Position numbers and translations under genes: made by a program. From the NCBI GenBank assembly GCA_035524095.1, contig DATKPK010000134.1, forward strand, positions 24,515 to 88,514: 64,000 bases of DNA, given 5' to 3'. Under the pieces are notes generated by a model that was not told where the DNA came from, did not search any database, and was given only the letters and a program-made list of their open reading frames with translations. Positions 19,579-29,208 of the stretch are shown here, in pieces (position 1 is the stretch's first letter; each line of letters starts with the position of its first letter). This DNA is from Candidatus Binataceae bacterium. Lineage in GTDB: Bacteria > Desulfobacterota > Binatia > Binatales > Binataceae.

Positions 19579-19789
19579 TAAAAACCCTCCGAGCCACGCG
19601 ATGCCGCGCGACTCTAAATACTATTGGCTCCCTGGCTTTCTGCCAAGCAACCACATCGCCACGTGTGATTGCGCCCACTATAACACGAATGGACTCAAAT
19701 GGTGAGCCTCTAGGGCAATTTATGATCGCCAAATCTTCGATACTTGACATTGCCAGCGCAAGTGCAGTCAAACCGGCTGCGGGAGGACG

Positions 19790-20584
19790 TTGATGGTCAC
19801 CTCTCCCCAATTTCAGGCCGGCGTATTGGGTGCCGTCCAGGGCCTCACCGAGTTTCTGCCGGTCTCCAGTTCAGCTCATCTGGTCATCGTACCGTGGCTC
19901 TTCAAGTGGACCGATCCAGGCCTCGCTTTCGACGTCGTGCTGCATCTCGGCACCCTCGTAGCGCTATTGATCTATTACTGGCGCGAATGGCTGACGATGG
20001 CCGCGTCGCCGTTCAACGGTGACCTCAAGAATCGTCGCCTGTTGATCCTCCTTATCGTCGCCTCGGTACCCGGCGCGATAATCGGGGTTTTGCTTGAAAA
20101 ACAGGCCGAAACGGTCTTCCGCTCGCCGCTTCTGATCGCCGTGACGCTCGGCCTGATGGGCCTCGTGCTATGGTTCTTCGACTGGATCGCTCCCCAACGG
20201 CGCAAGATCGATAACCTGACCATCAAGGATGCCTTGATCGTCGGCTTCTGCCAGGCGCTCGCGATCATCCCGGGCGTCTCACGCTCTGGCGCAACCATCA
20301 CGATGGCCCGTATCCTCCACCTCGAGCGCGAAGACGCAGCCAATTTCTCCTTTCTGATGGCGACGCCAATCATCGCGGGCGCCGGCCTGAAGGAATCTGT
20401 TCACCTCGTCCATAATGGGATCAATGCCGCTCTTGCTGTCGGCTTCCTGGCCTCCTTCGGCTTTGGCATCGTCGCTATTGCTTTCTTGATCCAATACGTG
20501 CGGAGCCACAGTTATCGTTCCTTCGGATGGTACCGCCTGGCCGCCGCCATCTTCGTCGCCGCGGTTTATATGCTGCGTCATTAG
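19790..20584 (+). CDS. uppP: Undecaprenyl-diphosphatase
   Basis: GLTEFLPVSSSAHL motif and the PGVSRSGATI motif. 264 aa, 8 TM. A strong SD GGGAGGA lies 7 nt upstream of the ATG. Confidence 0.9.
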   Translation: MMVTSPQFQAGVLGAVQGLTEFLPVSSSAHLVIVPWLFKWTDPGLAFDVVLHLGTLVALLIYYWREWLTMAASPFNGDLKNRRLLILLIVASVPGAIIGVLLEKQAETVFRSPLLIAVTLGLMGLVLWFFDWIAPQRRKIDNLTIKDALIVGFCQALAIIPGVSRSGATITMARILHLEREDAANFSFLMATPIIAGAGLKESVHLVHNGINAALAVGFLASFGFGIVAIAFLIQYVRSHSYRSFGWYRLAAAIFVAAVYMLRH

Positions 20585-20682
20585 GCCTTACTGGAGCCGC
20601 TCAAGCCTTGTTGCCTCCTGTAAATGCTCCGGGCATTTCAACGCTTCGGCGGCCGCCTCTCTGATGGCGAACCGAGTATGAG

Positions 20683-22173
20683 ATGACCATCTTGTCGGAC
20701 GATCCCGGACAGTCTGAGCCTCGGGACCCTGTTACGGAGGCCAATACTGATCCGGAGAGGCTAAGGAATCCAGGGCCAGCGAGCCACCGCAACGGATGGT
20801 GGATGCTGCTCGCGATTGCTCTCGTGACAATCATCGTCCGGCTGGCGTTGTTGCCAGACCGCGATGGCACGCGGGCACTCGACCCCAGTGGCGACTCGCT
20901 TGCTTACGTCGAATTAGCCGAGGGCTTGCGTCACGGATGCGGCTTCGCGCGGCTCCACGACGGCAAGTGCCTTAACCCCGAAATCGACCGCACTCCCGGC
21001 TATCCCCTCTTCCTCGCAACGTTCTCAAATTTTCGCGCCGCACTGATCGTGCAGGTTTTGCTCGCCGGAGTGATCGTTTTCGCCGCCGGCGCCTTCGTCT
21101 ATCTGAACTGGGGTATCGGCGCGGCCCTCGTGGCCTCGACCTTTATCGCCCTCGACCTGCCTAGCATCGTTTACGCCGCCGAGTTGATGACCGAGACGCT
21201 ATTCACGGCCTGCTTCGCGCTCGCCACCCTTCTCGCCCTTTACGCATTGAACGGCAACCCACGAGTGCAACGATTGCTCATCCCGATGCTCGGGGCATCC
21301 GCGCTGCTGAGTTTCGGCCTGCTGACTCGCCCGATTGGCGAATTCGGCTTGGCCGTACCCGCGATTCTGGTGCTGCTCGTCAGCTCGGCCCCTTGGCCGC
21401 AGCGGCTCGGCCTCCAGCTTCTATTACTCTCGCTTCCACTTCTGACGATTGCCGGGTGGTCGCTCCGCAACCATGCTGTGGCTGGCGTCGCCGCTCCTTC
21501 GAGCATCGGCGCCTCTAACTTTTTCTACTATCGGGCAGGCGGGACACTCGCCTTCTCGTCGGGCAGCGGATGGCTTGGCGCAGTCAACCAGTTGGGGACC
21601 CGCCCGGAAAACCACCTAACCAGCGATGCCTTCGCGATTATTGAACAGCACCCCCTGGCTTTTGCTGAAATGACCACATGGAGCCTGCTCTTTGTCGCTT
21701 TGGCGCCGGTGCGAACGCCCTTGGATCACATTCTGGGCGTGCAGCAGTCCTTCCCCATCCAGGATCCGGGTTCAATCCGCCTGCGTGCGGATCTCCGGAC
21801 TCTTGCAACCTCGCCTCGCGCCGCCCTCGTCACGATCTATCGCAATGAATTCGACGGTTCACCCGCCATCACAGCCCTGACCGGTCTCCAAATGTTTTCG
21901 GTAATCCTTCTCTGGATTGGAGTGATCGCCGGGTTGAGCTTCGCCTCGACCCGTTCGTATCGCGGTGCCTGTATCCTGATTCTCGCGGCCACTGCCTTCG
22001 TCCTGATGCTACTCGCGGCCGGCCCCGAGGGTACTGCCCGCTTGCGCATCCCAACCTTGCCCTTTCTCGCGATGGTCGCCGGCGTCGGCTGGACTCGCCT
22101 CGCTACACGCCGGCGCGCGCAGCGACGACGGCGGAGGATTCAGCCGTCCTCCCTACGCGCCTCCCCAACCTGA
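20683..22173 (+). CDS. GT-C fold membrane glycosyltransferase, PMT_2 / ArnT-like family
   Basis: Polytopic membrane protein. The first periplasmic loop carries DSLAYVELAEGLRHGCGFARLH ... EIDRTPGYPLFLA, typical of the PMT_2 (GT39/GT83-like) family. It is Arg-rich at the C-terminus. Confidence 0.75.
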   Translation: MTILSDDPGQSEPRDPVTEANTDPERLRNPGPASHRNGWWMLLAIALVTIIVRLALLPDRDGTRALDPSGDSLAYVELAEGLRHGCGFARLHDGKCLNPEIDRTPGYPLFLATFSNFRAALIVQVLLAGVIVFAAGAFVYLNWGIGAALVASTFIALDLPSIVYAAELMTETLFTACFALATLLALYALNGNPRVQRLLIPMLGASALLSFGLLTRPIGEFGLAVPAILVLLVSSAPWPQRLGLQLLLLSLPLLTIAGWSLRNHAVAGVAAPSSIGASNFFYYRAGGTLAFSSGSGWLGAVNQLGTRPENHLTSDAFAIIEQHPLAFAEMTTWSLLFVALAPVRTPLDHILGVQQSFPIQDPGSIRLRADLRTLATSPRAALVTIYRNEFDGSPAITALTGLQMFSVILLWIGVIAGLSFASTRSYRGACILILAATAFVLMLLAAGPEGTARLRIPTLPFLAMVAGVGWTRLATRRRAQRRRRRIQPSSLRASPT

Positions 22174-22337
22174 AAACGCGAGCCCCCAGCCGGTGCGTTC
22201 CGCATCGGCTGGGGGCTCGCGCAAACTAAGAGAGGGGGCCGGAACATCACGGCGTTCGGGCCCTGATGCTCCGGCCCCTCCAATCCCCGGAAACGGTGCG
22301 GGACGGCTATGCCGTCCCGCACCGTTTCCGACTCCCG

Positions 22338-22604
22338 CTATTTTACCGGCGTACGATTGCCCGCAGTGTCGTACGAGAACACCTCGGCGCCCTCGTCCCG
22401 CGTCTTCTTATGCGTGCCGTCACAGTACGGCTTGTTCTTCGACAATCCGCATGCGCAGATCCAGACCGGCAATTCGGTCCCTTCTGCAATCTCGTACGGC
22501 CCCGTCTCTTCATGCTTTACCAGTCGCGCCATGACTTCCCTCGCTCTTTTATGGGCGCCCGGAAGTCCCTTCCGTGCGCACGTTGTAGCGCGATCAAAGA
22601 CCAC
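22338..22604 (-). CDS. CDGSH-type iron-sulfur domain protein
   Basis: [18 protein letters not shown] matches the C-x-C-x2-(S/T)-x3-P-x-C-D-G-(S/A/T)-H signature. 88 aa. Confidence 0.8.
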   Translation of the reverse strand: MVFDRATTCARKGLPGAHKRAREVMARLVKHEETGPYEIAEGTELPVWICACGLSKNKPYCDGTHKKTRDEGAEVFSYDTAGNRTPVK

Positions 22605-22721
22605 CGATGCCTCTCAAGTCAAATTCTCCCGCACCATGCATTCGACCGACGCCACCGCTATCCTTACGCCGATGGCTCTTCACGCATCCCCGGCCTTCTC
22701 TGCTTCACCTGAACCGATCGT

Positions 22722-24548
22722 ATGAAGACCAATCCGCTTCACGGGAAACCAACTAACGCGACCTTGCCCGTAACGGCCGATCAGCCGCTAAATGCGGCCG
22801 TGGAGTCCGCCAATCCTCCAACGCAATCTGTTGCTTCTGATGAAACTTATGCCCTCGACCGCCGCCTCGCGCTCCGTCTCGCGACCCTCACAAGTCCGGC
22901 CGTCGCGATCCCGCTGATACTGGTCGTCGGTGCGGTTCTCTTTCTCGTAAATCTAGGCGGCGCACCTATTTATACCAAGGGCGAGGCTCGTGAGGCCGTC
23001 ACCGTATTTGATATCGCGCATGGGGGCGGCGTCATCCTCCCGATGCGCGCTGGGGTCGAAATCCCTTCAAAACCCTTGATGATGCACTGGCTGGCCGCAC
23101 TCATCTCGCTCATCGCTGGTGGCGTCTCCGCCTGGACCGTACGGTTGCCTTCGGCGCTCCTCGCCATCGCAGGCGCCCTCGCCAGCTATCTCTATGTCCG
23201 CCGGCTTTTCGAGGCCCGCAGCGCTCTCCTCGCCGCCCTTATCCTCCTGACTTCAATCCAATATCTTCAGGCTGGCACCGGTTCGCGCGTCGATATGACG
23301 CTGACCTTCTTTCTCACCATCGCCTTCTTTGAATTTCTGATGGTCGCCGAAGGTCTTCGCTCCCCGCCGATCTTCTTTTACCTCGCTGTCTCTATGGCCG
23401 TCCTTACCAAAGGTCCCGTCGGCGCTCTCCTGCCCGGGATCGTCGCCTTCATCTGGATCATCCTGTGTTGGCGATGGTCCTTGCTGCGCCGGATCCAACT
23501 CCTGCGCGGCGCCTTGATCCTCGGCGTCCTGGGCGGCGGATGGTATCTCCTCGCCATCCTGACCGGCGGCGAAGCCTTCATCCATAAGCAGATTCTCGCC
23601 GAGAACCTTTACCGTCTCACCGGCCATGCGGGCGTCAACGAGGGCCACGCGCACCCCTTCTACTATGAGGACGCCGCCCTGCTCGCCGGCTTCATGCCAT
23701 GGACGCCCGTCGCTCTGATTGCCCTCGTTCAGGCGATTCGCCGCCGCCGCCGCCTTGAGCCACGCCTCGGCTATTTGCTCGTATGGTTTCTGACTGTGCT
23801 GATTTTCTACAATCTGCCGGAAAGCAAACGCGGAGTTTATCTTCTTGCCTCATATCCCGCGGTCGCGACGATTATCGCTCTCTACCTCGGTGACGCAATT
23901 ACTTACCCCGACCTTACCGCTCGAGTCAGCCGTGTGATTGCCCTCATCATCGGCTTGGCCTTCGTCCTTATTGGTGGCGCTGCTGCGATCGGCCTGGGTT
24001 TGCTCTATATCTCACCCGCCACTCTCAACGACATCCTCGCGCCGATCCGAATCATCGTCGCCGAATTGCCAACCGCACTCCGGAGCAACGTAACGCACTA
24101 TCTCCCAATCGCGATTGCACTACCCATCATCGTGCTGGCGCTCGGAGTTTTTCTGCTCCGCGCTCGCCCGCGCGCCGACAAGATCGTCTTCGCGATCACC
24201 GGCGCGATGGCCGCAATCGCTCTCGCTGTCAGCCTGATTATCCAGCCTGCCCTTGGCAACAGCCTGACGGTCAAGGATTTCGCGGTCTCCGTGAATCAAA
24301 CTGCGGCTGGGATGCCGATCGGCTACTTCGGTACCGTCGATTATGCCTTCGCGTTCTACAGCGGTCGCGACCTGGATTTGATTAACGACCGCGACGTGAA
24401 CCCGCCCGCCTACATCGTTTGCTCAGATGACGGCCTGCGCCTGATGCCTCCCGCGATGCGCTCCCACTACACCATCGTTCTGACCAGCCATCCAACCGAG
24501 CTCGACGGCACCGGCGTCATGTATCTGCTCCACCACAACGCAACTTAA
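22722..24548 (+). CDS. ArnT-like (GT83/PMT_2) polyprenyl-phosphate-sugar-dependent glycosyltransferase with C-terminal periplasmic domain
   Basis: N-terminal ArnT-like signature GAPIYTKGEAREAVTVFDI...ILPMRAGVEIPSKPLMMHWLAA, and TKGPVGALLPG. About 13 TM segments, then a roughly 100-aa soluble C-terminus. Confidence 0.8.
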   Translation: MKTNPLHGKPTNATLPVTADQPLNAAVESANPPTQSVASDETYALDRRLALRLATLTSPAVAIPLILVVGAVLFLVNLGGAPIYTKGEAREAVTVFDIAHGGGVILPMRAGVEIPSKPLMMHWLAALISLIAGGVSAWTVRLPSALLAIAGALASYLYVRRLFEARSALLAALILLTSIQYLQAGTGSRVDMTLTFFLTIAFFEFLMVAEGLRSPPIFFYLAVSMAVLTKGPVGALLPGIVAFIWIILCWRWSLLRRIQLLRGALILGVLGGGWYLLAILTGGEAFIHKQILAENLYRLTGHAGVNEGHAHPFYYEDAALLAGFMPWTPVALIALVQAIRRRRRLEPRLGYLLVWFLTVLIFYNLPESKRGVYLLASYPAVATIIALYLGDAITYPDLTARVSRVIALIIGLAFVLIGGAAAIGLGLLYISPATLNDILAPIRIIVAELPTALRSNVTHYLPIAIALPIIVLALGVFLLRARPRADKIVFAITGAMAAIALAVSLIIQPALGNSLTVKDFAVSVNQTAAGMPIGYFGTVDYAFAFYSGRDLDLINDRDVNPPAYIVCSDDGLRLMPPAMRSHYTIVLTSHPTELDGTGVMYLLHHNAT

Positions 24549-24674
24549 AATGTCGCTCGTTCTTTCCGCCCATTTTGCAGAATCGCAAATGTATTCTTGA
24601 ACGAAGATTCAAACATCACTAGCCTCACAACCATCGAACCCGTGTCATCGCGGCAACCTCATGGACCTACATCA

Positions 24675-25694
24675 ATGGCGACTGACTACATCCTCTACGG
24701 TGCGGAACTCAGCCTCTTCACGCGCAAGCTCGAAAGCGCTCTGATTTGGTACGGTATTCCATTCGTCCGCCAGGCCAAAACTTCTCAGTCACGCACTGAA
24801 ATAGACCGGCGCAGCGGCACCCATCAGATGCCCGCCCTGCTGACCCCCGAAAATTGGATGCTCGCTGACACCACTCCCATCCTCATGCTGCTTGACGCCC
24901 GCTACCCTCGGCGCGCGATGTTCCCATCCGGTCTGGCGGGCGTGATGGTCCATGTGCTCGAAGAATTCTTCGACGAATGGGCCGCACGCGTGATGGTCCA
25001 TTATCGCTGGCATTATCCGGCCAGCGCCAAATTTGCCGCAGAACGGCTAACGCGAGAACTCTTCCCTGACGCCGACGAGGCCACCCTCGCCAAGGCCGTC
25101 GCAGAATCGCCAGTAGCCGACTGGGGCCTCCGCGCTTGCCGCGCCACTGGAACCGGATCACCGCATCAGCAACGTGCCGCCGAGCATGAATATGAAGGCC
25201 TGCTCGAAGCGATTTCCCAGCAACTCACGAGGACGCGCTTCCTGCTCGGCGACCGTCCCTGTGCCGTTGACGCGATCGTAGTCGGAGGCTTGTTAGCCCA
25301 TACCTACATGGATCCAGATCCAAAGCGGGTTGTGGCTCGCTATCCGCGCGTTGTCCAATGGTGCACCCAGGACGCCCGCCAATGGGACGGCGGCGGCGAA
25401 CTCGCACCATTTCCGACCTCGACCCCGTTTGCGCAAACTGTCCTCTCGGCTATGGCAAGCACCTACGTCCCGTTCGTGCTCGGCAATTCCCGAGCGCTCG
25501 CGAGCAACGCCAAGGCCTTCACCATCAGCACCTACGGCGAAGAAGTCAGTTATCTCGCACGCCCCTATCCCGAACGCTCACGCCGTATGATCGGCGATCG
25601 CATTCGTCATCAACTCGATTACCGGGAACGGTTGACGGTCTCCGCATGGCTCCGCGAATGGGGTCTTCAGGACTGCTTTGAGACCGCCATGTGA
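24675..25694 (+). CDS. Glutathione S-transferase-like protein (thioredoxin-fold N-domain plus helical C-domain)
   Basis: YILYGAELSLFTRKLESALIWYGIPF and DTTPILMLLDARYP resemble a GST N-domain. FLLGDRPCAVDAIVVGGL resembles a GST C-domain. The ORF extends upstream to 24597; the ATG at 24675 (MATDY) is preferred. Confidence 0.6.
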   Translation: MATDYILYGAELSLFTRKLESALIWYGIPFVRQAKTSQSRTEIDRRSGTHQMPALLTPENWMLADTTPILMLLDARYPRRAMFPSGLAGVMVHVLEEFFDEWAARVMVHYRWHYPASAKFAAERLTRELFPDADEATLAKAVAESPVADWGLRACRATGTGSPHQQRAAEHEYEGLLEAISQQLTRTRFLLGDRPCAVDAIVVGGLLAHTYMDPDPKRVVARYPRVVQWCTQDARQWDGGGELAPFPTSTPFAQTVLSAMASTYVPFVLGNSRALASNAKAFTISTYGEEVSYLARPYPERSRRMIGDRIRHQLDYRERLTVSAWLREWGLQDCFETAM

Positions 25695-25707
25695 TGGGAC
25701 ACCAGAA

Positions 25708-26511
25708 TTACGATAGCTTCGCCCGCCGCAAGTCCGCGATTGCCCCAATCAATCGTGGCATCACCTCGCCCGTCGGCCCGCGCAAACTGATATCCGCGAG
25801 CGGCGTCAGCTCCGACTCGTAGAGATTCGCCTCGATCATCAAGCCCCCGCGCCGCTTGACGTCGATCGCAAAGCCCGCCGCTGGATAAACCGTCGCCGAC
25901 GTTCCCGCGACGATCACCAGGTCTGCGCGCCCCGCGTGCTCGATACATTGCGCCAGTACGTCACGCGGAATCGGTTCGCCGAACGCAACCGTGTCGCCCT
26001 TCACCAGTCCACCACATTCAGGACACTGCGGGGGCAACACTTCCAGCGAAATTTTCGCGGCGTCGAAACGCAGGCCGCATTCGATACACCGGATCAGCTT
26101 CCAGTTGCCGTGAATCTCCGCCAGTGACGATTGTCCGGCCTGCCGGTGCAAATCGTCGACGTTCTGAGTAATCAGAAACCGCAGTACGCCAAGCTCTTCC
26201 AACTCGGCGAACGCGTGATGGCCCGGGTTGGGCTGTGCAACCTTCAGCGGTCCCCACAACTCGTCATTCTGCCGCCTGATCCGATCTTCCCACGCCTTTT
26301 TGGGATCCTGAAGAAATATCTGATAACCGTTCATCGGCGGCTCGCCGTATTTGGTCCACAAGCCGCCGGGACCGCGAAACGGCGGAATCCCGCTCTCGAC
26401 CGACATCCCGGCCCCCGTTAGCGCGATCGCATATTGCGCCTCGAGGATTGCGCGCGCCGCCGCGATTATCTCCTGGTCTGTCGCTCTCGGCTCCGCTTGC
26501 GCTGCCATCAC
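25708..26511 (-). CDS. cobB: NAD-dependent protein deacylase (Sir2/CobB family)
   Basis: GAGMSVESGIPPFRG and QNVDDLH motifs, a catalytic HG, and a zinc ribbon CIECG...CPECGG. 267 aa. Confidence 0.85.
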   Translation of the reverse strand: MMAAQAEPRATDQEIIAAARAILEAQYAIALTGAGMSVESGIPPFRGPGGLWTKYGEPPMNGYQIFLQDPKKAWEDRIRRQNDELWGPLKVAQPNPGHHAFAELEELGVLRFLITQNVDDLHRQAGQSSLAEIHGNWKLIRCIECGLRFDAAKISLEVLPPQCPECGGLVKGDTVAFGEPIPRDVLAQCIEHAGRADLVIVAGTSATVYPAAGFAIDVKRRGGLMIEANLYESELTPLADISLRGPTGEVMPRLIGAIADLRRAKLS

Positions 26512-26601
26512 GATCCTCCGTTCTTCTTGTCGGTCTCGCTATCGCGACCCTGGCACATCATCGCATCGCCCGATTAGCGACCTCGCGCCATTCGCAATTC
26601 T

Positions 26602-27429
26602 TCACTGCATAACTTCTTTGACGAATCCGCTGATCAATTCTCCAAGCTCATGCGGACGTTCGAGCGGCAAATGATGATGCGCCCCCTCGAGCACCTTCAG
26701 TTCCACCAGCTCATTCGACGCCGCAGCCTGCTCAGCCGCCTCCGCCATCATGATCCGGCTGAGGCCCGCCCTAATCAGCAGGGTCGGAATTTGCGCGGCG
26801 GCGATCGCCGCTTCGACATCCAGCCCGTCCCCGCCATAAAAGCTCTCACGATCGAATTTCAGGGTATAGCAGCCGTCATCCCTCCGACGCAGGCTCCTCC
26901 GCGCAATCTCCTCCACCACTTCTTGCGCGATTTCGCCATCTTTCGGCAACAGCCTAAAGCGCGCGACCGCCGTCTCAAGGTCCGGATAGTTCACCGTCGG
27001 CAGCGCCTTCAAGCGGTACAGAAAACGATTACGGCGTGGCGTCGAATTCACCGCGATATCGATCGCGATCGCTGCCCGCGCCATCCTCGGATATTCCTGC
27101 GTGAATGCTGCGACCGCGATCCCGCCCATGCTATGACCTGCGACGATCGGCCGCTCGATCCCAATTGTTTCGATCAGCCGCGCCAGGTCGTCCGCATGAT
27201 TCGCTGGACCGTACGCCGCCGGTCGCACCCATTCGCTATCACCATGCCCCCGCAGATCGATCGCGATCAGCCAGTACGCCGATGGCATCGACGCCGCCAT
27301 TCGCGCCCACCACCACGCGTTCGCCGTATTCCCGTGCAGCAGCAGAATCGTCGTGGCGCCATTCGGATTCCATTCCAGGCAATGCAGCCGCGGGCTGCCT
27401 TCGACGAACAGGCTGCGCGGCGCGCTCAT
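26602..27429 (-). CDS. Alpha/beta hydrolase (paralog 1)
   Basis: LLLHGNTANAWWW, DLRGHGDS and the nucleophile elbow GHSMGG. 275 aa. Confidence 0.8.
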   Translation of the reverse strand: MSAPRSLFVEGSPRLHCLEWNPNGATTILLLHGNTANAWWWARMAASMPSAYWLIAIDLRGHGDSEWVRPAAYGPANHADDLARLIETIGIERPIVAGHSMGGIAVAAFTQEYPRMARAAIAIDIAVNSTPRRNRFLYRLKALPTVNYPDLETAVARFRLLPKDGEIAQEVVEEIARRSLRRRDDGCYTLKFDRESFYGGDGLDVEAAIAAAQIPTLLIRAGLSRIMMAEAAEQAAASNELVELKVLEGAHHHLPLERPHELGELISGFVKEVMQ

Positions 27430-28241
27430 CCAAGCTCGTCAAGGAATTCGCGCAGCACCTTGACTAGTCCAGCAGGATTGTCCAGCGGCACGTGATGGTG
27501 CGAGTCGGGCACCGTCGCGACCCGTCCGTTCGGCACCTTGGAGATAATCTTGTCCGGCACCCACGGTTGGATCGCGCTGGTCCCCGCTCTGATATACAGC
27601 ATCGGGCACTGGATCTTCGGCAGGTAATCCCACACCGAAATCGGTTCGCGCAGCATCGTCCGCCGATCCATCTTATGCATCCAAGCGCCCTCACCGTCTT
27701 GCCGGAACGAATAGCGTGCGGTGTTCGCCAGGATTTCCGGCGACGCGATTGTATTGCTCGGGATCGTTTTGAAATTTGTGATCGCCTCTTCCAGCGTCTG
27801 GAAGCGCCGCCCCGGCTTCTCAGCGATCCCTCGCAGCATTTCGGTCGCATCCTTCGGATACGACGCCGGGCTATCAATCGCCACCGCCGCTCGCAATGTC
27901 TCGCTATGCTGCCCGGCGTACAGCATGACGTTATGCCCGCCCATCGAATGGCCCACTAAAACCGGCTCACCTAATCCCCATGCCCCGATTACCGCCGCCA
28001 GGTCTGCGACGTAATGGCGCGAGCCGTAGGCCCATTCGTCGAACCACGGACTATCCCCATGGCCGCGCTGGTCGAGCGCCAGCACATGACAGCGATCGGT
28101 TAATTCCGGCCCTACAAAGTCCCACCAGCGAGCATGCGCCGATCCGCCATGCACCAGCAGCATCGATGGCTTGCCTCTTCCGCCATAATCGACGGCGTTG
28201 AGCGGCTGGCCGTCAGCGCCCTTGAATGTAAGTGTTTCCAT
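27426..28241 (-). CDS. Alpha/beta hydrolase (paralog 2)
   Basis: LLVHGGSAHARWW, DQRGHGDS and GHSMGG. Its stop overlaps the start of paralog 1 by 4 bp (ATGA). Confidence 0.8.
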   Translation of the reverse strand: METLTFKGADGQPLNAVDYGGRGKPSMLLVHGGSAHARWWDFVGPELTDRCHVLALDQRGHGDSPWFDEWAYGSRHYVADLAAVIGAWGLGEPVLVGHSMGGHNVMLYAGQHSETLRAAVAIDSPASYPKDATEMLRGIAEKPGRRFQTLEEAITNFKTIPSNTIASPEILANTARYSFRQDGEGAWMHKMDRRTMLREPISVWDYLPKIQCPMLYIRAGTSAIQPWVPDKIISKVPNGRVATVPDSHHHVPLDNPAGLVKVLREFLDELG

Positions 28242-28387
28242 CAGTCCTCATGTCCGGTTACGCCAGCGCGGTCTCTCCCGCAGCAACTTGTGCGTTTGCG
28301 CTTACGTCCTTTGCAACCGAAAACTTTCCTGCCAAGATCATAGCGTCGGAAGTGACGACATTTTAACTGTTACCTGTAACCCATCTT

Positions 28388-29023
28388 ATGCCCAAGAGGC
28401 CATCGTCACGAAGTCCGCACCGCGACCGGCGGCCATTCCCGACCGTCGTCCGGGTGACTCTGATATTGCTCATCGCCGGCTTTATTTGGCCGCCTCGTCT
28501 GCACGCCGACAACGCCCCGCCGGTCGGCGGCGTCAGCGACTATGCCGCAACTTCAAACGCTGAGAAGGCTCAGGCGCTGGTCAAGACCGCGATTAATCTT
28601 ACTGACAGCGAACAGGCGTTGAAGCTTCTGTGGCAGGCTACCGACATCGACCCCCAGCTTGAGGATCCTTACGTCTATCTCGGCCTCTATTACAATTCAC
28701 GCTCCGATTTTGAAAACGTCATCAAGGTCTATCAGAAGCTGATTAAGTATGAGCCCAAGCAATCCAGCGCGTACCTGAATATCGGCGAGGCCTATATGTC
28801 ATTCGATCCGCCGCGTACGGATCAGGCCCTCACCTACTATCAGAAAGCGCTCGATCTTGATCCGTCATCTTCATTTGCCGCCCTACGAATGGGCGAAATT
28901 TATGCCGCGCAAGGTAACCGCGAGATGGCCGTCCGCTATCTCAAGCTCGCTGGAAGCGATGCCAAGAATCCGGACGTCGCCGCCGAAGCCAATCATTACC
29001 TGAGCCAAATGGGCGCTTCCTGA
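28388..29023 (+). CDS. Secreted tetratricopeptide-repeat protein
   Basis: N-terminal hydrophobic signal, then several TPR-like units (A/Y/L periodicity, e.g. YLNIGEAYMS, ALTYYQKALDLDP). 211 aa. Confidence 0.7.
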   Translation: MPKRPSSRSPHRDRRPFPTVVRVTLILLIAGFIWPPRLHADNAPPVGGVSDYAATSNAEKAQALVKTAINLTDSEQALKLLWQATDIDPQLEDPYVYLGLYYNSRSDFENVIKVYQKLIKYEPKQSSAYLNIGEAYMSFDPPRTDQALTYYQKALDLDPSSSFAALRMGEIYAAQGNREMAVRYLKLAGSDAKNPDVAAEANHYLSQMGAS

Positions 29024-29208
29024 GAAACTCAGATACACCCGGAGTCCCCATCCGTGAAACCCGCCGCGTCATAATGTTGGATCGCCCGCGGCCCAGTCCG
29101 CCCAAGGCTGGGCGGATATAGACCAAGGTCCGCTTGCGCTGTTTTTTGGCGTAGCCCACAATCAGTTCTTACGCGCAACACTTGCCGCTATAACCCGCGA
29201 AAGGCCCC

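Noticed and set aside
19051-19581. 176-aa plus-strand ORF
   Set aside because: Arg/His-rich and low-complexity. The overlapping 105-aa minus-strand ORF has a more protein-like composition, though it too is low confidence.
26650-27495. 281-aa plus-strand ORF
   Set aside because: Extremely Arg/Pro/His-rich. It is entirely antisense to alpha/beta hydrolase paralog 1, a high-GC frame artefact.
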